Assembly (NCBI GenBank): GCA_964188305.1
Contig: OZ076888.1
From: Podarcis bocagei
Lineage: Eukaryota
Length of the DNA: 64,000 nucleotides
Direction: 5' to 3' (one strand)
Numbering within the stretch: position 1 is the stretch's first letter; every line of letters starts with the position of its first letter. Position numbers and translations under genes: made by a program. The notes beneath the pieces are model-generated. The model was not told the DNA's origin, searched no databases, and saw only the letters and a list, made by a program, of their open reading frames with translations. Below are positions 12,055 to 22,960 of this stretch, one piece after another.

Positions 12055-14890
12055 TTTGTTCAATATATATGATTTCCTTGGTTTACAAAAGTACATGCCT
12101 TGTCTCTTTTTTCAGGTTGTAGTCCTTCTTACAAATCAGTTACATTTGCTGTGAGACATTAGTGTTGAGTACAGTACAGTGGTGCCCCGCAAGACGAAAT
12201 TAATTCGTTCCGCAAGTTTTGTCGTCTAGCGAATTTTTCGTCTTGCGAATCACGAAATCCCATAGGAATGCATTGAAAATCAATTAATGCGTTCCTATGG
12301 TCAAAAAAAGTCCAAACAAAGCCAAATTTGGTACAACAACAGTTTATTAACTGCTCTTTAAAGTCACACATACTGTAAAGAGCAGTTCAAAAATTGAAGG
12401 GAAAATAAATTAACTTTATAAACAAAACATGTCTTTGTTTTTAGACAAAGGAAACAAAGTCGTGAGACGTTTTCGTCTTGCGAAGCAAGCCCATAGGGAA
12501 ATTCGTCTTGCGAGGCAAATCGAAAACGGAAAAACCTTTCGTCTAGCGAGTTTTTTGTCTTGCGAGGCATTCGTCTTGCGAGGTACCACTGTATAAGGTT
12601 GGGGAAGTCGAGTGGGGAGGGGGAGGCTTATATTCTTTTGTATGGTGTCCGTGTGGGGTTTTGTGTCAGCGTCAACTGGGTAAGTTCTCTTTCTATTTGT
12701 TTATTACATTTCCTTGGTAGTGAGAGGTATTGGGGGCCAGGGTGTGGGTGCTTGTCTGTGGTTGTCTGCAGTGGGGTTTGCATTTACGAGCGGGGGTGGG
12801 GGTGGTCCTTGTTAGGTCAGGTAAGCCAGATTGATTCGTATGCTGTTGATGGATTTTTGTCATTGTCCTGTTGGGCTGTGTATGTGATAAAGGGAAGCCA
12901 TACCCTTCTTCTATTTGTTCCCATGTCAGTTTCAGTTTATTGGTTAGTTTTTTCTAATAAGGCTGTTTCCCACACAATTTGATACCATTGGTTCATGTTT
13001 ACTCCTGACAGGTCTCTCCAGTGTCTGACTATGAGGTTTCTGGCTGCTGAGAGTAGGTGGGTTATAAACTCTCTATACTGTGAGCGGTGATTATGATCTT
13101 GGAAGATGTTCAGTAGGGTCACTTCTGGGTGAGTTCTAATACCTGTTTAGTTATTTTGCATATCTCTTGTAGTACTGCTGTCCAGAAGAGTTGGATTTTA
13201 GGGCATTCCTACCACATGTGGAGGGATGTGCCTGTGGAGGTGCAGCCTCTCCTTGGTGAGGTTCCTGGGCATATCAGTGCCAGTGTCTATGGTGTTAAGT
13301 ACCACCTGTAGGTGAGCTTCAGAGTCAGTTCCCTTCTTTTGGCTGATATGGACTTAAAGGGAGGTTTAGACCACATTCTAGTCCATTTGGTGGGGTTAAT
13401 TTCATAGCCAATGTCATGCTCCCATTGTTCTTCGATTGCGTCAAGGGGGGTTGTGGGATTGTGGAGCAGTATTTTGTACATTGTGGATGCCATCCCTTTG
13501 CTGTGTCCCTCTGCTGTCAGGAGAAGGTTTTTGAAGGTGGTCCAGGGCCTAGTGGCTGCTGATTTTACCGCTGGATTGTTTAAGAAAGCGTATAGTTGAC
13601 AGTGTGTTAGCCAAGGTATTTGGGTGTCCCCTAGTTTGTCTTGTATTTCTTGTGCTGGTATGGGTTTGTTGTTTTTGTAGAAGTCTTTTAGGCAGTGCAG
13701 GCCTTCGGTTTGCCAGGTGTTTTTCTGGAGGTTTTGTGCTGGGGGTCAGGCCAGGGGGTTAGTGGGGATGGGGAGAGTTTGCCTGCTTTTCACTTCTTGT
13801 TCAGTGAACCTGTTCAGTATTGTGGGGATTTTCTTTAGTTTATTTGGAGAAATGGGTGTGCTGTTGTGGAGAGGTTTTCAACGGTGTCTCTCTCCAAGAC
13901 CCATTGTTTCGTCTCGTTTTCTAGAATATACGGGATTATGTGGTATACTTGGTTGGCGATGTAACATAATTCTATGTTGGGGATTCCCTGTCCTCCTTCT
14001 GAGGAGGGGAGGTGCAGGTATTTAGGGCTTATTCTTATTATTTAGGGCTCTTTGTGTGATAAAATAAACGAGTGTAGCCACTTCTGGAGTTGGCTGGGGG
14101 AATCCAGATTGGGAGGATTTGGAATCAATAGGTTAGCTTTGAGAGAGTGATCATTTTGATCATGGCTATTTTGTCTGAGAAGATGAAGTTGGCACTGTTC
14201 CATTTCCTCAAGTAACTGTTGATTTGTTGCCACAGGGGCTTGTAATTGTGGAGGTATAATTTGAGGTTTCTGGTTATTTGAACCCCTAGGTACCTGAATT
14301 TGGTGCGGCAAAGTTTTATCTTTGTGATGTTGGTGAATTCCTTTTGGGTATGCGGGTGTGTGTGTGTGTGTTAAAGCACATAGCCTCAGTTTTTGCAAAG
14401 TTTACTTGCAGGCCCGACACCATTGCGGATGTGTTGAGTTGCTGTGTTTATGGGGTCTGGTGTCATGACCATCAGGTTGACCTGCAACCCTAGTTTATAG
14501 GTTTTACCTTTTATTTCCACACCCTTGATATCTGGGGCTGCTCAGAGTTAGATTGCAAGGGGTTCCAGGGCCAGGATGAATAGGAAGGGAGACAGTGGGC
14601 ATCCTTGTCTTGTGCCTCTTGGGATTGCTATGGTATTGGAGTCCATATTGCTAATTCTGCATTTTGCTGAGGCTTGGGAGTAAATTTGTAGGAAGTTGGG
14701 CCCAAATTTCATGTTAGTTAATACTGCTAATAGATATTTCAATTCTAAGCAATCAAAGGCTTTAAAGATGTCTAGGGACCTGATCGCCAGTGGGAGTTTG
14801 GTTGTTTTGCTGTGTTCTATCAGATTCAGTAGTTTCCTCCTGGGGTCTGTTACGTTGCAACCAGGAACAAAGCCTGGTCAGCCCTGCTAG
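12055..14890 (-). mobile_element. Old, internally deleted L1-clade LINE (ORF2 RT to C-terminus plus 3' UTR)
   Basis: Minus-strand peptides RGTRQGCPLSPFLFILALEPLAI (RT), ELTLKLTYRWYLTP, HLLSAARNLIVRHW; many frameshifts; divergent from the 36-42 kb L1. Confidence 0.85.
12177..12591. mobile_element. Tigger/pogo-type MITE inserted in the L1 3' UTR
   Basis: TA|cagtggtgccccgcaagacgaa ... ttcgtcttgcgaggtaccactg|TA; about 8 copies of a ttcgtct(t/a)gcga motif. Confidence 0.9.
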
Positions 14891-15189
14891 GAATCTTCTG
14901 ATTTCCTGTTCAGGTTTAGTATCATTTTAAAAAAAAAAATTGCCCGCTTTTAATTTTTATTTTCTCATTAAAAAATTGCCTTCTCACTATTACTATCATT
15001 CATCTTATTTCTATCTTTTATTTTTTAGATTCCAACAGCTAGGTAAACTGGTGCTCAGCTGAGGGAGAGTCCTTTTTGCCCCCCCCCCTTCAACTCCGGA
15101 GGCCTTCAGGCCTTGGAGCTTCACTGGGCCGTCGGGGGGGGGTGTGCTCCCGGTCCCAGCAAAGTTGAGGCCAGTGGGAGGGGGGTAGA

Positions 15190-15294
15190 AGTCCGGCACC
15201 TCTATTTTGTTCTTGTTAAAAAGTGTGGCACGTAGCGTAACAACTTCATGGCAAGTACCAGCACCTATTTTTCTTTTTTAAGAAAGAAGCACTG
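15190..15294. mobile_element. Right end of a hAT-type element; matching left-side fragment at 12019-12055
   Basis: Ends agaaagaagcactg like the TIR of the 4995 MITE; gtaccagcacct motif shared with 12041-12052. Confidence 0.55.
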
Positions 15295-15639
15295 GTGAGT
15301 GGAGACACTGCTCTCCTGCCCTGTAGTTTCCCAAGATGGATATTCTGCTATTGCATCCCAAGGCAGGGGACTTTGGGATTTTACCTTCCAGGTTTTCAGT
15401 GCAGCAGCCAGAAACCACAGCACCCTCCACCTTGCTGGTTCAAGAGGTCAATTGACCTATTGACCATCCCAATGAAGCTGCAACACTTTTGCAACAGCAC
15501 AAAAAGAAAAGAAAAAAATGCATCCATTTCACTGTGGAGAACTGGTCCTGCGACAAAGTTAGCATATATTGTGCCCATACAAGGTGACCAACAGAGATAG
15601 AACTTCATTGGATGTATGTCTCTCATACATCTTTCTCAT

Positions 15640-15810
15640 TTAGTTATCACATTTATATCCTGTATTTTCCCCAAGGTGGTCAAAGCAGCCTATGTGAGGT
15701 GGGGGAGTGGCTGGATGCTATCCTTACAATAGCCCTGAGTGGTCCAGGGGAACTTTGTGGCTGAGTGCACATGAGGTCTCCCTGATCTGCCACACCACAT
15801 TGGCTCTCAT
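15640..15810 (-). mobile_element. Old tRNA-derived squamate SINE fragment (MIR/Squam3-like)
   Basis: atttatatcctgtattttccccaagg...tgagtggtccaggggaactttgtggctgag; resembles 32470-32635. Confidence 0.45.
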
Positions 15811-16884
15811 ATATTAAAATGACAAATACTGAATAATATTCAGCTAGAACTGAAACAAATATCGTTGCCACAAAATTATCTTCAACATTCTCCTCTTTGA
15901 AAATCATGGATAGTAAATCCAATAGGTATAAAAAATATTCGTATACACCTTAGAATATATATATTATTGTATATGTTATAAATACTAACATAGTCCTAGG
16001 CTACCAGTCTTGAACTGGCAGGATTTTGGGGAGGAACAGGATTTTGCTGAGAGGTGCAGCTGGGACTGGGTCACCCGGGAGCAGGCTAGGGATGGGGAAG
16101 GAGAGGTTGTTGTAGACAATACTCACAGGGTGACAGAGGATGATGAGAGTGCAGGGGGCAGTGCACAGGAAGCCAAGCAGCGGGACCCAGAGCCAGAGAG
16201 GCCCCCGTCCCCATGAACATGACAGGTCCTAAGACATAGGGAACAGCGGGCAGAGCACTCCAGGATGCAGAGTCAGGCCAGGGCCTGCAGCCCAGTTCAC
16301 TAGCTGGCCAGGTGGGGAAGGAGGCATAGACTCCTCAGCTGGGGCAAGCTGGAGCAGGCGAGGGTCACATGCTCATCAAGCCCAGGTGCTGCAGTTAGCA
16401 GACACAGTATCAGAAGGCAGCAGAGCTGAGGGGCTGTGTTTGTTAAACCTTGAGGGATCTTGTCTGGGATTCTCCTTAGACCTTCACAGGTTTCTACTTT
16501 GAGATTGCCTGCTGAGCTACTTACTGCTTACTTGGACTGACTCTGGACTGCATCTCCTGACTTGGCTTGTGTGGATTGGCATCTGGGACTTGGAACTTCA
16601 TCTTGGCACACTGTCTGCCAGGTAGGCCAGGGGATAATAATAACCCCCCTTTGAGCTTCAATGGTTCTCATTAAACCCATAGAAGGTGCTATGAGAGGGA
16701 ACTGATAAGGGGTGATGGATTTCCTGGTCGTCTTGTGCATTTGTAAATAAATCATGGGTGACAAAAATGTCAAATGACTTTGGGAAATGTCTTCTCAAAG
16801 TCAAACTCTGGCAAGTGCAGCCTGCAGAACTTCTCAAGGCTTGGGGAAGTGGGGAGCATGTAGCAATATATTTACTTTCACATG

Positions 16885-17030
16885 TTAGGCCATTGTTCCC
16901 CAATCTGGTGCCCTCCAGATGTTTTGGGCTAAAGTGCCAACTGTTCTATCCTAACCATTGACTATGCTGGCCAGAACTGATGGAAATGGTAGTTCAAAAC
17001 TTCTGAAGGGTGGCCGCTTGGAGAAGGCTG
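16885..17030. mobile_element. Palindromic hAT-like MITE
   Basis: ccctccagatgttttgggcta ... tagttcaaaacttctgaaggg imperfect inverted repeat. Confidence 0.5.
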
Positions 17031-18063
17031 CTTTAGGCACAGAAGGAGAACATTCTGTTAGACACAACAGTGGTCCAAGGGACAGCTCAGCATCCTGGCT
17101 ACTGCCCTCCCCTCCAAGTTGTAGGTCAACCTGTGTGGAGTGAGATATTGGGCAGGGGTTGCAATCTGGAATTAAGAGGGTCAGGATTTCTGCTGGCAGA
17201 AATTTCTTCCACTTTTATCATGCCATGTAAGTTCTGTATAGTTCTTGAGACTTTGATCTGTTAACATGCTGAGGCTTCCCTGAAGAATGATTCACCTCTT
17301 AGCCTTGTGGTTCTCCTTCTGTGATTTCAGCCAACAATTGGAAAGAAGTCTTCAGTGCCTTCTTAAACTTCCTGCGACATTCCCCTTTGCTCTTCCGGGT
17401 TAATCCGGTGATTAGGAGGGGATTTAGGCCTACTTTGGGCTAGGAGTCCTCCCGGCTTGGACTGCATGCCCTGACAGTGCTCCTGCCTTTAGGAGGCTAC
17501 TGCTCCGTCTTCTGTTTCTTCCCTCAGAGTCTAACGTATATATCAAATTTGCAGTCAAACCAAATCATGTTTTGGCAGATAGGCACATGAAGGGGCTGAG
17601 GCCCGTAGGGATCACTTCCCTATTGTGGCCTGAGGGCGTAGCTATATATCTGCTCCTCCCTGCCTGGGCACACCCCCACCCCCGCTCTTCTCCATCATAC
17701 CTACGGCTACAACATTAGAACAACTGCAAATAGGAGCTCAAGCTCAGACTCCATTTTTAAGCCAGACCTTAGTACTGTATGTCTTAGAAACTCAATTAGC
17801 ATTTTAAGCCTGCCTGCACAAATCTGCTGAATCTGCTATTCTTTAAGATGTATACTGAGTGAGTAAATTTTTTTCTACCTTTTACAAGACTTGTTTCTGT
17901 GTGGTTATTATTTTAAGGGAGAAAAAAGGAGATAATACCAGGAAGATCCAGTTCACCTCAAAGCATTCTGGATTATTAATACCGAAAGGCTAAAACTAGC
18001 CTGTCTAATCCATCTGACTGGGTTGCCCCAGCCACTTTGATGAAGAAAGGATAATAAGGCAGG

Positions 18064-18431
18064 ATGGATTCATTGAAGTATCAGGAAATCCTAGGAGGAA
18101 ACATCATGCTGTCTGTGAGGAAGCTGAAGCTTGGGTATCATTGGACCTTCCAACAGGACAATGATCCCAAGCACCACTCAAATTCCACCAAGGCTTGGTT
18201 ACAGAAGAAGTCTTGGAAGGTTCTACAGTGGCCATCACAGTCATCTGAACTGAACCCCAATGTCTGGTGAGATTTGAAGAAGGCAAATGCAAGAATATTA
18301 TTGAACTGGAGGCCATTGCTCATGAGGAATGGGCTAAGATTGCTCAGGAACGCTGCCGCAAGCTGCTGTCTAGCTATGCATCTGGTTTGCAGCAGGTCAT
18401 AGCAGCAAAAGGCTGCTCTACTAAGTACTAA
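18064..18431 (+). pseudogene. Tc1 DD34E-type transposase C-terminal remnant
   Basis: [19 protein letters not shown] and terminal KGCSTKY* motifs; deletions and frameshifts after the LNP motif. Confidence 0.9.
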
Positions 18432-18540
18432 AGATGCTTGCCATGAAGGGGTTGAATAATAGTGAGACTGGAGAAGCCAGTGTAAGTTGCAATTTCAGCT
18501 GAATTTGAACCTGAAGCATCCATTGTGTTGAGCTATTTCA

Positions 18541-19777
18541 TTTTTTAAAATAATAATTTTTATTAAGTTTTCCATTTTAACAATCCAATCAAATCACATT
18601 AAATATTCCAAATTATACAAATATATATATCATGAAGTCCAAATATTTTGCCAAATTATAAATTTTTTGTTGGGGGTTCCCATGCTTCAAGTTCAGTGGG
18701 GTCCAATCATCTCATATTTCTACTGCTTTGAGTGTCCACTAGTCCCATCTTTAAATCTTCTTGTTATTATCCTTCTTCTTTCATAGCCTCTGAGTTGTTT
18801 CCACAGGTGAGCTGAAATGAACAATATTATGCTTCTGTGTGAACTTTGTATGACTCTCCCCCCCTTTTTTGCAGCTGATAAGTCTTTTATTTGCAATATG
18901 TCCTCACACGCTGGTATTTATGCCGAATCCATCCAAAAGTCCTTCTCGGGTGGCAGACGCCATCTTTCCTCAGTTCCGATGAAATAGAATCTAGGTGTTT
19001 GCTCATTAATTTTCTCAGACAGGTTGCACCAAACATTAGTCTTTCCAGAGGAGGATTGCCAAATCGAACTTGAGATACCGATATAATAACAAAGTAAGGG
19101 CTCGCCTCCCCCATGACTATTAATCTCTGCAACACAGTCTGTCTCATAATGGCAGATCCCGATTACAAGAGAGTCTTTTATCTTCTTCCAAATATTTCGA
19201 AAAACAAAGGCTTTAGATAATATTATTATTTCCACACAGTTTATATTTTCCAATCTCACTTGCTATAGGTAATATAGACGGTTCTTCTGGGGCGGGGGGG
19301 TTGTTAGGTAGTATCGTAGTAGAAAAAGAAAAAGTTTTATCCCCCCTCCTTTCCATTCCATTTCAACATACTGGCTTAGATGTTATTCTTTGATGTTATC
19401 TTTCCTCCAATCCGTCACTCTTAGCATCTCAGTGGCTGGCTTAATTAGCAGATAAAATACCCTTTATTTGCTCGAAGCATGTCCATAAATCTAATATCCA
19501 ATCTTTTATCTTAAGAAATGGAACTTGGAGCGCTCACAGAGACAGCGTCCAGGAGATCCAAGCTCCCTCGAGGGCTTTCCATCCAGTGCCCCCACCCCCT
19601 CCTTCTTTTCGACTCGGGGGTGGTTTGTGGGCAGCCGCGAATGAGACTGCATCTTCCCTTCTACCGGGAAGAAACCTGGGAGGCTGATTACTCCCATCTC
19701 AGCCTCTTAATTACCTCATGTGAGCTGGAGAGATGGTATTGTCGGCCATCTTCCGTGGTGCCCCTAGCGGAGCCCCC
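18541..19777 (-). mobile_element. Non-autonomous L1-type retroposon, 1237 bp
   Basis: Perfect 16-bp TSD gtgttgagctatttca (18525-18540 and 19778-19793); minus-strand 5' end GGGGGCTCCGCTAGGGGCACCACGGAAGATGGCCGAC; 3' end AAAACTTAATAAAAATTATTATTTTAAAAAA; no ORF1/ORF2 motifs. Confidence 0.8.
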
Positions 19778-20203
19778 GTGTTGAGCTATTTCAATCGCTT
19801 TTGTTTGATTGCTCATTGCAGACAGCTGAAATTTTGATAATAAACACAATTTACAGTGGGGGTTGAATCATTTTGATTGCAACTGTATATACTGTCCTAG
19901 TATCCATGAGCATGATGACCAGCCTAAAAATATTTTTAAAATAAAATAAGGAAAAATATGTGAAGAATTGGCTATTATTTATTAAATGTCTTTACCACCC
20001 TTCATCCGAGGATCACAGGGCAGGTTACAATATATATATACTTCCTTTTGTAATTTCTGAAGCTATGGCCAATAAACTTAATTGGGTACACTTGGATTCT
20101 AGTATTCTAGGGAGGAATAAACATTTATTTTTATCAGAAGTTTTCATACTAATTGTAATTGTATATAATATGTTCCAGCATGTTCTTCCTTGGAGTGCCC
20201 TCT

Positions 20204-21046
20204 CATACCCTCCAACATTTTTCAGATGAAAATAAGGGCATTCTATTCTACACCAGAAAGATTTTCTTGCTGCACACATAGACGTCATATACACATATGC
20301 ACCTGTCACCTTGAGCCAGTTGCAACCTCTCCACCGAACCTTACCTCACAGGATTGTTGTAAAGAGAAAATGTGTGAGGGAAGGGATTGTGTACAACACC
20401 TTCCACAGATAAATGGAATGAAATAAATTTTCAGAGGTAAGCTGGCTTGAGTCCCTGTCAGGGAAAAAGCGAGGTAACAATAATAACAACAATAAAAAAT
20501 AGAAATTGTCAGAATGATCAGAAACACACCAGAGAGTAAATCCTACTGCACTCAGTGGGATTTACTTCTGAGTAAAAATGCTTAGGATTGCAGTATAAGG
20601 CTGCCCAGTCTTTACCCAGTTACCTGGGAGTAAGTTCCACTGAATACCGTAGGGCTTCTGAGCAGAGATGTAAAGGCTTGCTGTATGAGGCTCCATTTGC
20701 AATACGCTTCGCATATTTCTTAAGAAATGGCTGGCTGCTGAAGCATTGCAATTGAAGAGTTTAAAGTGAATTGATGACATTTTCCTTCAGAAGTATAGGG
20801 AGGGCTTCATATGCCAGCTTCACCATTTCCTTCATTTGAGGCAAGGATTTTATTTTCGGTTTAAACAGGACTCTGTTTTTGTACCTACACACACACACAC
20901 ACACACACACACCACTTTCAATTGTTTGCTGTGATGGGGAGGGGAGGAAAAAGGAAAACTGGGACATTATGGGATCAATCAGAAACTGGGGTGGCTTCAG
21001 CAATTCTGAGACTGTCCTTGGAAAATTGGGACATTTGGAAGATCTG
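20204..21046. mobile_element. Composite TIR element with heterogeneous interior
   Basis: Termini cataccctccaacatt ... gggacatttggaagatctg; flanks tgccctct / tgcactct; same left terminus at 8285. Confidence 0.5.
20886..20911. repeat. (CA)n microsatellite
   Basis: Directly visible. Confidence 0.95.
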
Positions 21047-21196
21047 CACTCTGAAGTGGGACGCACAGTGGTAGATCCACTTCTGCTTCCAAAATTCTTG
21101 CTGGTCAGGGCAGGATCTGTGGGGGGAGGGGCAGAGTTCTTCTCTTTGCCTGTGTCCCCACCCCCCACCCCCCTTGCCAGAGTCTGCAGGTGTAAG

Positions 21197-21395
21197 TAGT
21201 AGATAGGTAGCCGTGTTGGTCTGCCATAGTCAAAATAAAAAAATTCCTTCCAGTAGCACCTTAAAGACCAACTAAGTTAGTTCTTGGTATGAGCTTTCGT
21301 GTGCATGAAGAAGTGTGCATGCACACGAAAGCTCATACCAAGAACTAACTTAGTTGGTCTTTAAGGTGCTACTGGAAGGAATTTTTTTTATTTTG
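21197..21395. mobile_element. Penelope-like element pLTR foldback containing a minimal hammerhead motif
   Basis: 77-bp near-perfect inverted repeat (21231-21307 / 21318-21395); TSD tgcaggtgtaag (21185-21196, 21394-21405); tgaaga-a-gtgtgc-at-gcacac-gaaa-gctca motif. Confidence 0.8.
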
Positions 21396-21555
21396 CAGGT
21401 GTAAGGTTAGCTACTTCCACAAGCAGCAGCTTTCTGCCTGTGAAGTGATCCACTTGACTGCTGGCACAGTTCTCTGCCAGAGGAGGTGCAGCAGTTTTCC
21501 TTCTGAACCTTCTCCAGCCTGTGGATCTGGGGCCTAGAATTCCATTGCTTGCAAT

Positions 21556-21740
21556 ACGATACGATAATCTTTATTGTCATTGTCCCATGCAGAACAACGA
21601 AATTGAAAGTCATTCAGATACCAACAAGCCAGCTATCCCAGCTATCCCAGCCAGGTTAACCCCCTAAAAACTCTGATACCCCATAATTAAATACAATAGA
21701 CTCCCACAGAGACTACCTTACACTGCGTTTAAAACCTGCG
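21556..21740 (-). mobile_element. Non-LTR retrotransposon 3' end (Rex/Babar- or L2-like)
   Basis: Minus strand ends ACAATGACAATAAAGATTATCGTATCGTAT, a short-repeat tail after AATAAA. Confidence 0.45.
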
Positions 21741-21949
21741 CTTACAACCTGTGCCTGAATACAAATGCCCCAAATGCTTGGCCTTTCTTCATAGGGAACT
21801 GCCCCTCTCCCAGCTCCACAACAGCCCTTTTTGACAGCATTCTAGACCATAGTCAGACCACAGAGTTGCACAGTAGCATTAAGTATTATTTTCAGTCCCT
21901 TTTCTTATCATTATTAAGGTTGAAGTTTGTTTGTTTAGTTACTGCATTT

Positions 21950-22960
21950 TAGACCACTCAAGAGCAGAAGCTTCTTTGGGCAGCTTACAATACATGTTAA
22001 ACCAAAAACAAATATAATCATAAAGCAAATACAGATTAAAGTCAGCAACTGCACGTAAAGTTATGATAGCAAAAACCGCATCAGCTCTGTAAAATTCCAC
22101 AGATCTGAATACTTTAATAAATATCTTTAGTCACTAAAAGTTTTTAAAGTTTAAAAAGCCTGGGCCCAGAAGTGGACAGGAAGCCACTGCTGGTGAAAAA
22201 GCACTGGTTTCATATATGACCATATTCTGTTGTCTTGTGGCCCTATTCTGGACCAGTTGAAGTGACTGGAGCATTTTCAAAGGCAGGCCCGTGTATGATG
22301 CATTGCTGCAATCCAAGTGAGAGGTTATCAGCATGGATAACTAGAGGAAGGCTGGTACAATATACATATCAGTCAAGTACTACAGTCCAATTTCCCTATG
22401 TTCTGAGCAGGTTAGGTGAGCGCTTGGATTGTGCCCAGCCCTGCTGGCCTTCAGCTACAGTGACACCAGCATAATTGAGCAGGCATGGACCTCTTTCTGT
22501 TCCATCTGCCAAACAGGCAGATTCCCACCGGGTGGCAGCCTGCAAAAAACCCCCAATTGGGTGAGGAGTGGGCAGGTCTCAGCTGGCCCAAGATCGGCTG
22601 TATCCTCAGTCAGCCACAATCACTGAGCCAGCTCCAGGTTTAGATTACACAGTATCCTGGTAAAAAAACACATAGAAGCTGCTCATTCTCTCCAGCAACA
22701 AGGCTGAGGATGAGTGCCAGTCCTCCAGAACAAAATGAACACCACTTAGCTGGCAAACTGCCCATTAACAGCACCTCCATCTTAATGGGATTGAGTGCCA
22801 GTTTATTCATCTTTGACCAGTATGTTACCATGTCCTGAGACCGATTTAAAAACACCATCATCTGGATTTGATAAAAAGGAGAGCTTCAACTGTTCCCTAG
22901 GCAGATATTAGTGACATCTTGCAATAGGACGTCCTTCAGCAGCTTCATGTAGATGCACTA
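21950..22960 (-). mobile_element. Old degraded L2 LINE fragment
   Basis: Peptides LITSHLDCSNASYTGLPLKMLQSLQLVQNRA and NKLALNPIKMEVLL align by eye with the young L2 (LVISRLDYCNALYVGLPLK; NRLRLNPDKTEVL). Confidence 0.8.

Larger units (their letters stand above)
18057..19885 (+). mobile_element. 5'-truncated Tc1 transposon (IR/DR type), right terminus interrupted by a retroposon
   Basis: Transposase C-terminus; inner DR ggggttgaataat (about 18448) and outer DR gggggttgaatcattttgattgcaactg|TA ending 19885. Confidence 0.9.

Noticed and set aside
12181-12591. Spaced ttcgtcttgcga repeats resembling a CRISPR array
   Set aside because: Irregular spacing, short unit and eukaryotic context; these are subterminal repeats of a MITE
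18918-19259. 113-aa ORF within the 1.24-kb retroposon as a novel protein
   Set aside because: No ATG start and no recognisable motif; cannot be supported without a family consensus
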